Shown piece by piece: positions 11,485 to 24,702 of a DNA stretch of 64,000 nucleotides. The notes beneath the pieces were generated by a model that worked only from the letters and a program-made list of their open reading frames with translations, was not told the origin of the DNA and searched no databases. The position numbers were made by a program, and so were the translations under genes. This stretch comes from Octopus bimaculoides (Eukaryota). The DNA lies in contig NC_069006.1 in NCBI RefSeq assembly GCF_001194135.2, positions 6,475,793-6,539,792 on the forward strand. The letters are read 5' to 3'. Positions within the stretch are counted from its first letter, which is position 1; each line of letters starts with the position of its first letter.

Positions 11485-12363
11485 TCTATGGCCTCTCTAG
11501 CAAATGGCTTCTCTAGATAATGTAAATATAGGTATGTATGTATAGCTAGAGATTTGCTTCTTTGCAAACACATTGAAGTAAATTCTTTTCAAAACTGAAA
11601 CGATAGATTTACTTATATATTGTCTGAAGCAAAGTTCTTGAACTTCTAAATTGTTTGACCCTATTACAGATATACAGACCCTTTATTGAAACCTCTTATC
11701 CCTACCTCCCCCACACACCCAGTAGAATAATATGGTAATCTTGGAATTTATTGGAGTCCATTCAAAAGAGAGTTTACAAATGAGTGTATCCATTAAGAAA
11801 AAAAATATTATCAATGATAACCTATTTAAAGCAATTAAAATTATGAACAGTATTCAAAACCTTAACAACCTATATTTTTTAGCAATAAAATACATTGTAT
11901 GAACATTTCAAATGTTAATATTGCCCATTGTTAGAAATCAAAGACAAATATTTTACTCTGCATTACTGGAAAATGAGTAATACTAACAATAATATAAAGC
12001 ATATTCTAAAAAAAAAAAAAGTTATCTCCCTTCTTTTCTAACAATACCGAATGTTTGTTGCATAAAATATTAGTAGATTGTACTTCATCACTGATACAAA
12101 TTGATTATTAATTGGTTAAAAAAAAAAACACTTTAAATCTATTCCATAAAACTTCAAGAATGCCAAATAAGCTTAATCTTCCAGTGAATTTTCTATTTTT
12201 TTAAATTGTTTTTAGAATAACGTACCTTTTCCAAATTTCTAATTTAATATCTGAACTATAGGAATAAAATAAAAAATACAATGGGATATTTTTACTCTAT
12301 TAAGGCAACAGAGATAAAACAGAACCATCAAGAGATGATGAAATATTTTTTGAATAAAGATGC

Positions 12364-12792
12364 TTAATGAGATCAATAGAGCTGATGTCCATTAATGATA
12401 GCATGAACATTTAAGAGAAGCTGGTAGGAGTTTGAGTCTTAGCTCACCACATTCAGTGATGTTAAGTTTGTTTGTTCACTTAACAGTGTATTTATATGAC
12501 AGAGTCTAGTTGTGACCATATATGGACTTGGAAATGCAAGTCTATATGTACTAGCAGCTTCCCTAAGATTTAGATATTTGGTTGCAGTGATTTCATTGAT
12601 CCAGAAATCAGTAAAACCTTTATATTTGAACAATGCCTTTGCCTGAAGATCCATGTTCACGTCAATCAATTCCTCAATATCTACATTGGTTGTTCCAACA
12701 AAGAATGAAGAAAGAAGCCAGCCAGGAATCTTCCTATAATTTTTCAAAGTAACTTCTATAGATGAGGAAGTTGTTATCTGAAATATTTTCAT
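12364..12792 (-). pseudogene. hAT (Charlie/Buster-like) transposase C-terminal dimerisation-domain remnant
   Basis: EELIDVNMDLQAKALFKYKGFTDFWINEITATKYLNLREAASTYRLAFPSPYMV, then frameshifted GELRLKL and HQLY*SH*. This matches the hAT C-terminus (LLAFPSSYMVEAGFS...GDLRLKL...HQAHPSH*). Confidence 0.85.
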
Positions 12793-12839
12793 CTGATTTT
12801 TGTTCCAGTCAAGGAATATTGAAAATTTCTACAACCTCA

Positions 12840-12892
12840 AATACACACACACACAGACACACACACACACAGATATATACACACACACACAG

Positions 12893-12968
<76 letters not shown>
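12840..12968. repeat. (CA)n microsatellite
   Basis: Directly visible; it truncates the hAT remnant on its 5' side. Confidence 0.98.
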
Positions 12969-12971
<3 letters not shown>

Positions 12972-13183
12972 AATATAAAGTATATAAAATATAAATACAC
13001 GCCAATCTCCACTTGAAATTTCATTTCAAATATATATATTTTCCTCGTAACTGTTTCTGAACTTCATTCAATTTTAAGATAACAACAAATAAACCGACTT
13101 TACACAGCCACTGTATATTACCTAGAAATGGATCCACATCATTAAGGAACTCCAAAATCGAATCAAAAGATTCCCTTAATTAA

Positions 13184-13805
13184 TTTTTTTATCTGCTTGT
13201 TGAGTCTGGAGGAAGGAGCAGTACCCATGACCTTTACAAGCTTTCTAAGACTGGTGAGGTTGATAGAATTATTGCTTAACCCTTTAGGTTACTCTGCCAA
13301 ATGTAATGCTTATTTATTCACATTGTTTTGAATTATTTATGCATCACCCCATAGCTTTAAGATTCTCATGAAGTGATTGTCTATTTTTAGAATGACCTTG
13401 TTGAGTTGGTATGAAAAGCCAGATCTAGCTGGTTCGAACATAAAACAGGTGGAATATTTGGGCCTGATATGGCCGGTTTAAATGTTAAAGGGTTAAACAG
13501 TTATAGGTCAACACATACAGGATACACGTGACTACAAAGAAGATTCCAGAGGGTTGACTTCATGGGGAGAAAGGATTGGGTTTAAATTGCAGGGCTGAGG
13601 AGAGTTGAATGCACCAAGTGTGATGAGAGATGGAGAGATGAGTGGGCTACAAGACTAAGGCCAGCTCTATGGAACAGAGACCATTATAGTATTGATAGAA
13701 AAGAGAGAAGCAGGAGACAGCATGTTTGTGAACCAGAGGCTGGAGTGTGTCTGTTGGGGATTGAATATCAATTAGTCAAGTGGTCCTTCTCTGGATGTGG
13801 TCCAA
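13184..13805 (-). mobile_element. CR1/L2-group LINE 3' fragment, interrupted by a TTAA MITE
   Basis: Minus translation DHIQRRTT*LIDIQSPTDTLQPLVHKHAVSCFSLFYQYYNGLCSIEL matches the CR1-type RT C-terminus (LDRIQRKA.RLI...LQPLAHRR.VSSLSLFYRYY.G.CSSEL). A-rich end near 13184. Second copy at 50832. Confidence 0.8.
13280..13492. mobile_element. piggyBac-like non-autonomous MITE
   Basis: TTAA|CCCTTTA ... TAAAGGG|TTAA, with the TTAA TSD at 13276-13279 and 13493-13496. Confidence 0.75.
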
Positions 13806-13966
13806 AATGTTTGAGGACATGGTAACAACACCATCTCATAATGTAATTGCAATGAAGCGAGTATTAATACTAAAACAACTGAAAGTATCTTTCAAAAGAA
13901 ATATTTCAAAGTAAACAACATTAAACAACAAACATTATCATCACAGCATCAACATATACAAGCCAA

Positions 13967-14170
13967 CGAGGGATCTTCTGTGTGATAACTCAACTTGCTA
14001 GAAATGACAACCAAATTTCCCTCAAATTACACATTACTGTCTTTAAAACAAACAAGGGTACGCGTTACATAATGTAGTGTTAGGAACACTGTTTGAATTG
14101 AAGGCTGTTGTTAGAATGGTCTTGATCATTAGTCATCCTGATCATTGCAGACCAGGAGCAAAAAAGACAA
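13967..14170 (+). mobile_element. Family D repeat copy
   Basis: CTTGCTAGAAATGACAACCAAATTTCCCTCAAATTACAC ... CTTGATCATT, shared with other family D copies. Confidence 0.6.
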
Positions 14171-15669
14171 ACAGACGCAATATCAACTTATACGTGTTGC
14201 TTTCATTCTTTTTTCATTTATTTTCTTGTGTTGACATGGGTGATACAAATTAGGATAGATTAAAAACAACAGCATATACTAATGAGTTGAGCTTCCTGCA
14301 AATATGGATGGAAGAACAGACAGATGGATGACTAAATGGGTGGATACAGGAACAGTAAATGAATAGATGGATAGTTGGGTATAAAAAATATACTCAGATA
14401 ACAGCGTTTGTTATTGTTCTCCTAGACTAAATTTTTAAAGTCATGTCCTTTTAAACTAGAGGAAGACATTTTTGCAAGGCGTCTCAAGGCTGTAAGAGAA
14501 AGGAGGAAAGTACTGATATTCTCCTCCCAGAGACCTGGTTCAAATATTTTTTTAACAGAGTAGACAATATGAAAGACACCCAAGGTTCAAGGAGTGAAAA
14601 ACAATTACACTCAAGCTGGTGAGTTTCAACACAGATCCTGTCAACTTATTTTCACTTACAAGAGTTGAGCCAACCTGGGGCTGTAGTAAAAGACACTTGC
14701 TTAAGATACCTTGAACAGGATTGAACTTACAACCATGTGATTACTGAAGTAAATTATTAACTAAGTCTATGTTTTTTCTTCTATCATCACTAAGCTCTTT
14801 GCCCTCCCAACATATCGCATCCAGTTGCAACATACAGTGAGGTTTTATTAAACCTAAATACAATGAATAGAAGCTTTGTTACAAGACAGTTTTCCTTACC
14901 TGAGAAGTTCTTAGGTCACAGATACAACAATGTGAGCAAATTAGTTTTTTCACCAACATTTTACCTTTTGACAGGAAGTTAAAATGCAACAGACAGATCA
15001 ATGAAAATGTTTCATGGTATCTAGTTTTATGTCACAGATTTCTGATTCAAAATATCTCTCAATCATCAATAAATAAACACCAATCACATAATAGCTTTCT
15101 TTCCCAGACAAAAGAATATTTTCATTAGTAAAAAATATTTTATTTTAAAAAAACTACTTAATTTCAAGAATCAATTTTTATTTTATTTAAAATTCCTTTA
15201 ATCTTATTCAGAAGGTCATCATGTCTACCCAGTTATATCCATAAAATGGCTATACTTTCAAGCACATCATTTCCCTCCCTATGCCAAACTATTTCATGCC
15301 AGAAAGGATGATGGCCTGTCTGGTTATAAAACATCTATTATATCACCAACAACTACCTTATGTGCACACATTAAAGATACTTATTATGCACTCTATTCTA
15401 TTTCAGCGTTGTTAATTTGGGAAGATACCAAATATCACCAAACAGACTAGAATAACAAATGCTGATATTAAAACAGTTTTTAGAGCTATAATAGAGAATG
15501 GTCAATGGTATATGAAAGACATATTGTTAAGGTATAGTAGAAAGTTTCATCAATATTATTGGCAGAAGGAGGAAAACACAGGATTTAGAGCTAAGACACA
15601 AAATATGGTTTAAACAAGTTTAAAATAAGGAAATCATTCCATCATTCTGTAGATTATTTTGCTTTCATA

Positions 15670-16095
15670 GCCATCATTTAATGTCCACTTTTTCATACAT
15701 GCATGGGTCAGATGGAGTTTATTTGATGCAAATTTTTTACAGACAGATACCTCTCCTCTGGCTAATCCTCACCTGTGTCCAAGCAAGGTGATTCTACTCC
15801 CATGGCCAGACATGTTTTCAAATGATTCTACTCCCATGGCCAGACATGTTTTCAAATGAACAACACAACACTGCTTATATGACAGTGACATTCATTTACA
15901 ACTATCATGCACACATATACACACATGCACACGTACACACATGATGGGCTTCTTTCAGTTTCCATCTGCTAAATCCACTCACAAGGCTTTGGTTGGCTCA
16001 GGGCCATAGTAGAAGAGACTTTCCCAAAGTATCACACATTGGAACTGAACCCAGAACCAAGTGGTTGGGAAATGCACTTCTTACCACATGCCTAG
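15670..16095 (-). mobile_element. tRNA-derived SINE, family B, RTE-tail variant; contains a perfect 34-bp tandem duplication (15789-15856)
   Basis: Head GGTTCAGTTCC, CORE-like block and AAAGCCTTGTGAGTGGATTT; the tail resembles the RTE 3' UTR. TGATTCTACTCCCATGGCCAGACATGTTTTCAAA occurs twice. Confidence 0.75.
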
Positions 16096-16969
16096 TTAAT
16101 TATAATTTTCTGCTTGTTATAATAATTAATTTTGGCTTCCTTGCATCAATTCTAGAACAGTATTTACTGAGAAGTCTAACAAATGGAATACAATATTTCA
16201 ATAAACCCTGCTGGCCAGGATTAAATATTCCAGTGGAAATCAAGGAAGCAACAAGAATTTGGTTATGCAAGACATTTTCATTTTGTGTTTTGAAAAATAT
16301 TTAAAAATTTCAATTTTAATCATATCTGACATAAAATTCAGTTTTTCATTTAAATATGATTTAAAGCTAAAACAGCATATCACCTAATGCTAGTGACAGA
16401 ACCGAAGAGATATCAATATAACTGATGCTATACACTCTGATTGGCACCTATTTCTTCACGAGATAAACTGAAAAAAAAACCCCCCATCAACCTATCATTA
16501 AACTCATTCTGCCTATCCCCAGCCTGCCACCACACTTTGCTTTTTCTAACTTACTGCAATAGGTTAAGCTTCTGTAATTCAAACTCATATTCACCTCATT
16601 GAAAAACATGATGCGACTTTTGTTGATCCATTTACTCCTGTTCTAATCTTCCTCTACATTATTCTAAGCTACAAATTCTATCAAAGCCCTTTAGAATGAA
16701 AAAGAAACAAAAAGAAATCTGCCCTACCCCCACCTACCCATCTATACAGTTAGGAGCTCTAGTTATTAACCAATAGAAATTTGGAGTTAAACCTAGCAAC
16801 AAGTTTATCCCACTCACTTCTATATCAGCAACAACAATAATAATAATAATAATAATAATAAATTTCTTGGAATTTCACTTAGTCTTGTTAAGACATTGCC
16901 TCTCACAAATCTTTGAAAATTCTTTTTTATAAATCTGTAACCATTAACTGTTAAGTGACAAAAATCATA

Positions 16970-17029
<60 letters not shown>

Positions 17030-17275
17030 TGGTTATTTTTTGTAATAAATTTGAAATATTAAAAGATTTTATTTATGAATATTAATTGAAATTTTTACCA
17101 TGCAAAATAAAAATAGGGAAAAGATTGATAGTTATGGGGGTGGGGAATCAAGTCAAATGTTGGAAATTGCCTTGAAGAATTAAATCTGAACTGTATTAAA
17201 GAGAAAAATATACATTTTTAAGAAAAAGAAATAGAAAGAGAGATTATAAGAAAATCTGAATAAATAACAGCTTAC

Positions 17276-17546
17276 CAAGCTAATCATGTTGAAAGTATTT
17301 GTACAACAAAAACAAGCAGAGCAACAAAGAATTAACCTATATAGTTTACACTTTTAATATATCAGAATCGTCACAAGAAAAAAGGAAACTTAATAGATTT
17401 AAAAGAATTTTTATTTTACAAAACGATAATAAAAAGTATTCAATGAATTTTCATGATGTTCTGAGCATTTCAATAAAGCTTTCTGAAGGTTAATAGTTAT
17501 AATGTAAGATAATATAGGCAAGCCTGCACTTAGCATCACTTTTATA
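17276..17546 (-). promoter_or_regulatory. Candidate TATA/Inr core promoter and first exon ending in ATG ATT AGC TTG|GTAAGC
   Basis: TATAAAAG starts at 17546 (-31), Inr-like CTA(+1)TATT at 17515, donor GT at 17275. Lies in a locally CpG-retaining region. Motif-only evidence. Confidence 0.3.
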
Positions 17547-17676
17547 ATGAGGTGAACTGGCTTTGCACCAGCGACAAAACACAACCTAGAGACAGTTTGT
17601 GTTCTTGTTTTGCTTGCTTTCTTTTTTTTAAGAGATAAAAGCAATCATGACATAAAAAGAAGTGCAAATAATAATG

Positions 17677-17713
<37 letters not shown>

Positions 17714-20049
17714 TGATAATAATGATAATAATCGCGTTCATTTTGAGAGGAGTGTTACATTCTCTTTTAAAGGACAAATAGTTTGTAATGAAGTATCTGA
17801 TAAATATATATAAGGTAGTTAACTCTTATGGTGTATTCCATTTGTGTTTGTGCCTAGAAGCAGGAATGTGGTGGTGGTGCTGGTGGTGGCGGTAAATAGG
17901 GAATTGAATTAAAATATATTTCTAGATGATTTTAGTTGAAAGTCTTCTGCTAATGGCTTATATATAAAAGACTTATCGATATAGATAGATAAAAGTAATC
18001 ATCGTCTCTATCACTTGTTTTGACATTTCATCTCCATTTTAAGTGTTAATGAGGTGTTGTGGGGGTGGGGTATTAACCAGTGATGTCATGAATTGGATCC
18101 TGGTGGGTGTGTGCATGTCAGAACCAGCTCTTTAAGATACCATCGCAACCATCTTTGAACATCCCAAGGCTGATGCAGAACACTCCTCTCAATTTTGAAT
18201 TTGATTTGTTTTACCGACATTCCAAATATGACAATCCCAACTTTGCTGCCATATTATATTCATGATTAATTTTTTCCAGTATATTTCTTTCAAGATGGCA
18301 GCCTGCACTATGAAGGAGATTTGACTGTTATTTCTAACTACTCAAACAATCACACAGGTGTTTCTACACAGCCCTGACAAATATAAACACTTCCATGCAC
18401 ATGGAGATAAACACACCTTCAACACATTCATAAGTTTTGCAAGCGCTGTCAATGGATGCACACCACTGATTATGAATGCAGAGGAACTGCAACTATTGCA
18501 CTCTCACCAAGTCTACGTTGCACCCACCCAACCCTCCAATGTGTACCCCGCCCCACCGAATCTATAGGTCACACACAGAACTAGACCAAACAGTGGTGAG
18601 AGAAGAATATGTTGAGACTGCAACACTGCATTCTCCTCCACAGAATTAACCACTGCATGTTGGAATGTACTGTTCAATCATCGGCTTCACAGAGGAGGAA
18701 TGGCATCTTGAACAATAATGTTGGCAAGCAAACTTCTTACCACAAAGTCACACCTGTGCCTACATACACAAATGTTTACAATTGCTCAAGAATTCAGTTT
18801 CCTCTGCCCAATTTACCAAGGCTAACATTTCAAGCTGAAATGAGAATATCCTTAAATCACTAAAATATTAGTCTCACACACAGGTAATTAACAATCTATT
18901 TAATAATTAACAGGTGAGCACTAATTATATCAATTTATTGCTTTGCTAGAATTTAAAGACAATAAAGTGAATGAAAAGCCAACAATATTTCACAAAACAC
19001 TGTATTCTGATTTAAAAACTAGGCAGCAGAAATTAAATGATGTGACTTTTTAAAATTCCCACCAGGTTTATGATGCAAACAACAGTTATACACTGGGATG
19101 GAATTAATTAACTGTTTTTTTGTTCATATACCCCTCAAAATAGATGAATGAAAAGAAAGGACTAAAATATAAACATTTCATGTAAAACATTCTTTCTAAT
19201 ACAGGCACAAGGCCTGAAGTTGTGGAAGAGGGGAAGTTGGCCTCAGCAGAATTTGAACACAGAGCATAAAGATGGAGAAAATGCTGCTAAGCAATATGTC
19301 TAGCTTGCTAATGAATCTGCCATCTAACACTTCATAAAGACAAAACATGTTTCCTAAATACAAGACCCTGGGATCAAAGGATCCAAAACAAGTGGAAATA
19401 GACTGAACAAAAGATGAGTTGATAGATGGATGGGAAAATGATGATGATGATGGTGGTGGTGGTAATTATGATATGAAACAGGTTCAACTACGAAGCAATA
19501 ATTGGAAGAAGAATATTCTAATCTACAAACACCGATACCGTTTATGTTTGTATTGACCAGTTTTTCCATTGAAATTAGCCAATTAAAAATATATAACATC
19601 TGATGAAACAGAAATAGATAGATTTGCTTATCTGCATTTTGCTCCAAGAACTGCAGCAATCCACAGCCAAGTGCATCATTAGCATATACTGGATGAGTCA
19701 ATAGCCCTACTAACCCTAACAAGTTTATATTGAACATTCCAAAATTTCATTCTAGAATGTGTGTGTGTGTGTGTGTGTTCATGGATACACATATAGCCAC
19801 ACACATATACAATGCTCAAATCCATTTTATTCATGCTAGGCTGAATGGAATTGTTTTGACAGATCCTATTTCACTGTGCAGGAGTGGTAGAAGGGAGTGG
19901 TCACTTCTGGGTTATGTAACCATGAAACAAAAAGGGATCCTGATGTCAGACAGAGTTTTGCGCCTTTCCCAAAAGGAAAATATCATGGCTGACAAAAGAA
20001 CTAAGCTTAAAAGCAGTCTAGTACCAATAAACAACTAAGCATTGAAGAG

Positions 20050-20081
<32 letters not shown>

Positions 20082-20109
20082 GTGCGCATGTGTGTGTGTG
20101 TGTCATTTG

Positions 20110-20830
20110 AGTTGATCTTGTTATTCTGGAATTATCCATCTGGAGGATGTAAGTCAGTTTGCTTTGTTCTTTCTTGGAAAACCCTAGCATTTTTAGATTT
20201 TTATGCAAATCTGTCATCACATAACCGCACACCATTATGATAATAGCTACAAATGAAAAGCCTTAATTTAGATACAAAATTTCCCTGTTAGTTCACCATA
20301 CATCATAGACATTCACATCCACCAGGCAGCTCTACAACAGTACATTACTAACCTCTGCAACAGTACATTACTAACCTCTGCAACAGTACATTACTTACTG
20401 CCATGTCCCACAGAACAAGATAAGCTCTGTGCAGATTGCACCAGATTCTTGTTTTTTTTTTAATTAAAATGTTCCATATTTTTAAAAGTGTGGATATATT
20501 CTGGCTCTGGTGTCACTTTCATAAGATCATTAGAACAATTCTTCCAATAAATAGCATTGTAAATTTTGTAAGCAACAATGTCATGTTTCATGAAAAGGTC
20601 CTATCTAAAGGGCATTTTTGGACAATTTCTGATGAAGCAAGTGATATCTTCCCCACAACCATGGCCCAAATGACATTTCCTATCACATGGAGTTTGAGAA
20701 GGATCCTTACCTCGTTTATTAATCAAACGTTCAATAATTATCTCCATTTCCTGAATAGCAAATGTGTATTCTTCAGGTTGGGTTGTGATAGATCTAAAAC
20801 AAATACAGGAGAGGCTACAGTGTCCCTGTT
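20110..20830 (-). mobile_element. Decayed R4/Dong-like (restriction-like endonuclease) non-LTR retrotransposon C-terminus
   Basis: EEYTFAIQEMEI...CDRKCHLGHGCGEDITCFIRNCPKM..*DLFMKHDIVAYKIYNAI (degenerate CCHC knuckle plus RHD), then LVLWD, CTVAEVS, SCLVDVNV and GYVMTDLHKNLKMLGFSKKE (RLE domain). Internal 23-bp tandem duplication at 20335-20395. Confidence 0.75.
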
Positions 20831-21664
20831 TATGATATGCATAACCTACCTCCAGCTGATAGAAGACTAAGTTAGTGTAGAGGAAACTAAACTGTAAAGC
20901 CACCATCTCGACAGTTGCTAAGTATTTACAATATTGTGATGACGGCAGTAACTCAGCCAGCACTCCTATTTCATTATCTTCATCTCAACTACATCCAATC
21001 CCTGCTTTCACACAGACAGACATGCATGGATATTATGTAACACACTCTTTGTTAGATCATTATGTTCTCTCAAAGGGTTATAACCTGAAGATCGTCATAG
21101 AGTAAAGCTTTAGAAATATACTCTTAAAGGAGATGGATGCATGCACACACACACACATGCATACACACACATATATACGATCTATGTGTGTGTGTCTGTA
21201 TTATATATGTATACAAATACACCAAAGTTATGGGTTAATTAAGAGTCCTGTTCATTGCTAAAACATCAAAAGAAAAAGGCCCAGTTTAATGTTATTTAGA
21301 ACATTGAAATGAATTACAAAAATGGAATTACATCCATGTCATACCATAGAAAGTGAAGAAGAAGAAGAAGAAGAAGAAGGAGGAGGAGGAGGAGGAGGAG
21401 GAGGAATGTAATAAACACCATAAAAAGAAGAGACGAAAGAAACAAATGAGATAATTAGGTAACAATAGTAGAAAGCCATTTAAAAAGATAACGAGCGAAA
21501 ACTTCAACATTGGAAAGTATGGGATGTAAGAGGAAGAAATTTGATCATCAGCTATTTTAGAAGAGACCTAGTCTATCTCAAGAAATATCAGGGTGTTTGG
21601 TAGAACCTTTCCTTCACTGTAATATGAACTACCCAAACATCTCTCCTTCCCTTTCTGCTGGCTT

Positions 21665-22045
21665 CCTTATCTTTTTGCTATTACTTGTTTCAGTCATTGG
21701 ACTGTGGCCATACTGTAGCATTGTCTTGAAGGGTTTAAATCAAACAAATCAACTGCAGTACTTTTTCTGTTTTAAGCCTGGTACTTATTTTATCAATCTC
21801 TTTTGTCAAACTGCAAAGTTACAGGAACATAAACTAACACTATCAAGCATTGATGGGGGACAAACAACATACACACATATACATGATGTGCTTCTTTTAG
21901 TTTCCACCAACAAAATTCACTCACAAGACTTTGGTTGGTCTGGTGCTATAGTTGAAGGTACTTGCCTAAGGTGCCACACAGTGGGACTGAAGCCAAGACC
22001 ACATGGTTGGAAAAGCAAGCTTCTCAACAACACAGCCATGCTTGT
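21665..22045 (-). mobile_element. tRNA-derived SINE family B (CORE-like + Nin-like), near full length
   Basis: The reverse complement reads GGCTGTGTTGTTGAGAAGCTTG...CAGTCCCACTGTGTGGCACCTTAGGCAAG...CAGTCCAATGACTGAAACAAGTAATAG, aligning with 55385-55805. Confidence 0.85.
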
Positions 22046-22140
22046 GCTTATCTGGAATCTATTAAGCAAGGGCGTGAATGCACAGACATGTATGCATGCC
22101 TACATATACAGACAGGCTGTATGAACAAATGGATAAATAA

Positions 22141-22176
<36 letters not shown>

Positions 22177-22310
22177 TTCAACTGAATTGCAATTTTGAAA
22201 GAATAATTAACAGGAAACTATAAAACAGCCTTTGACTTGTATACTATGAGAAATCAAGATAAGCAGAATGTTGCAAGGTATATAAAAGTGAGCGGCAATA
22301 CAAAATGAAT

Positions 22311-22345
<35 letters not shown>

Positions 22346-22737
22346 AGGAAAACATTGAATTTGATTGAACATAACTGAAGATATGGAACCAATAACATGT
22401 TTTTCATCAATGAATACTCCAAATAGTCCTTTCACAAAAACATCCTTGTCCCATTCAGAAATGTTTGTTGATTCTGGTTCCTTCAACTGTGTCCTCCCAC
22501 TCACTCAAACTTCATTTCTATGGCCTCTTTCACACACACTCTTTGCTTCAGCTACTCTTCGTTCTCTCTGTATATATGCATCTGTGTATGTGTGTGCACA
22601 TGTGTGTGTGTGCGTGCATATGTATGTGTGTTCGTGAGTGTGTGCATAAATTTGTGTACACATGCACAACAAAATATATGCACACACAAAACTATACACA
22701 TTATTTAGATTTGCATGCATACCTACGTGTGTGTGTA

Positions 22738-22770
<33 letters not shown>

Positions 22771-22812
22771 TATCTATGTACACATATGCATATTCATGCA
22801 AATAGATCCACA

Positions 22813-22844
<32 letters not shown>

Positions 22845-23382
22845 GACAAACACACGTCTCTGTGTATGTGTGTGTATAAGTGCATGTGAGTGCTAATGTG
22901 TATATGGATTTATGTATATAAACAGAAAATGGATTTGCTATATTTTTTGTATATGCATATGCATGCACACCCTCTCACACACACAAAAACACAGCAAATC
23001 CACTTTTTTTTAGGTTGATATAAATACTTCCTCCACCACCACCACCACCACCACCACCACCACCACCANNNNNNNNNNNNNNNNNNNNNNNNNNNNNNNN
23101 NNNNNNNNNNNNNNNNNNNNNNNNNNNNNNNNNNNNNNNNNNNNNNNNNNNNNNNNNNNNNNNNNNNNNNNNNNNNNNNNNNNNNNNNNNNNNNNNNNNN
23201 NNNNNNNNNNNNNNNNNNNNNNNNNNNNNNNNNNNNNNNNNNNNNNNNNNNNNNNNNNNNNNNNNNNNNNNNNNNNNNNNNNNNNNNNNNNNNNNNNNNN
23301 NNNNNNNNNNNNNNNNNNNNNNNNNNNNNNNNNNNNNNNNNNNNNNNNNNNNNNNNNNNNNNNNNNNNNNNNNNNNNNNNNN

Positions 23383-23415
<33 letters not shown>

Positions 23416-23886
23416 CTCACACATACATACACACATATATACAAACATATATATGTATATATGTTTATAACTGTTGGAAAGCCACATAGTTATATTTCAC
23501 TTCAGTAAAGAGAAATATGATGTTTATACATATTGCTATTGAAAAAAATATTTATTTTAATATGTGTGTTACATAGTTGTCTGTAATTACTATATAAACA
23601 TGCTAGTCTCCAGTATTCACAAGTTCACAGAAACAAACAATAAAGCTGTGGTTGTTTTCGTTCCCCTTATTCCAATTTGTTCAGGAATGGTTTTTTGTAT
23701 GAGTATCTGTGTATAAACATGTTGTGTTTGTGATGGGGGAGAGTGGGAGAGTGGTTGGACAAGAATTACAATTAATCCACATCTTCTAACTCCAGGATGC
23801 TGCTTCCTACACGTGCCAACAGTATTTTCTTTAACAGTGCCTGGTTAATATTCTTGTTTCTTTCAAATGTTTCACACACATAATGA

Positions 23887-23922
<36 letters not shown>

Positions 23923-24333
23923 AATTCAATAATAGGATAAAGTCTTTATAAGAATTTATCAAGTAGTTAGCATGACAAAACTTCACAAGGGAAAAAAACC
24001 CATCATTTATCCCTAAATTAATATATATATATATATATATATATTACTTGACAACCAATGTTGATGTGTTTACATACCCGTAACTTAGCGGTTTGGGAAA
24101 AGAGACTAATAGAATAAATACTAGGCTTACAAAGTCCTGGGGTTAAATTGTTCTACTAAAGGCAGTGCTCCAGCATGGCTACAATCAAATGACTGAAACA
24201 AGAATATATATATATATAATTTTAATAATAAAGGGTAAAATCAATAATAATTTTACCCGTTATTATTAAAATAATATTGGAATAAATTCACTTCATGACA
24301 GACTGCATTTACTGCGGTCTAGATCTTAACACA

Positions 24334-24486
24334 CACGTGGGTATAAAAGAAGGATGTGAATTATACTTGGCAGTATATTTTTACGAGCGTGAATAGATAT
24401 TGGATATAGGATGATGCTGATCGTGTGCATATTTTGAAATACTCATGAACTTATACGAAATACTATGCAGAAGAGTAACAGTAAGT
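24334..24486 (+). promoter_or_regulatory. Candidate Pol II core promoter plus 109-nt first exon
   Basis: E-box CACGTG 24334-24339, TATAAAAG 24342-24349, Inr-like GCA(+1)GT at 24372 (exactly 30 nt after the TATA start), consensus donor GTAAGT at 24481-24486. CpG-retaining patch. Confidence 0.45.
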
Positions 24487-24702
24487 AAAATAATTTTATA
24501 CTTTAAGTTCAAAACACATCCATAGTTAATCAGCCTTACTGATTCATTATTTTTCTTTTGCTTGCCTACAATAAAGTGTGTTATTCATGGAGATTTTAAG
24601 GTAGTAAAAAGGACTTTAGCGTCTATGTCTTATGGTGCAAGGTGAGGCATAAAGCCGATCCCTTGTTATAATTATGTATATAATTATAATTATATTGTCA
24701 TC

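Noticed and set aside
14895-14965. Minus-strand exon candidate with strong CAG|GTAAGG donor
   Set aside because: The only open frame (KMLVKKLICSHCCICDLRTSQ) is unrecognisable and out of phase with the 17.3 kb candidate start.
18130-18270. Possible GIY-YIG fragment (VGKTNQ) on the minus strand
   Set aside because: Only a few residues match and flanking motifs could not be recovered.
18500-18870. Possible LINE endonuclease start (TACWNV)
   Set aside because: Single short motif; downstream residues do not follow the RTE/L2 endonuclease pattern.
19354-19737. 127-aa minus-strand ORF
   Set aside because: Ends in trinucleotide repeats, no recognisable domain, no convincing splice boundaries.
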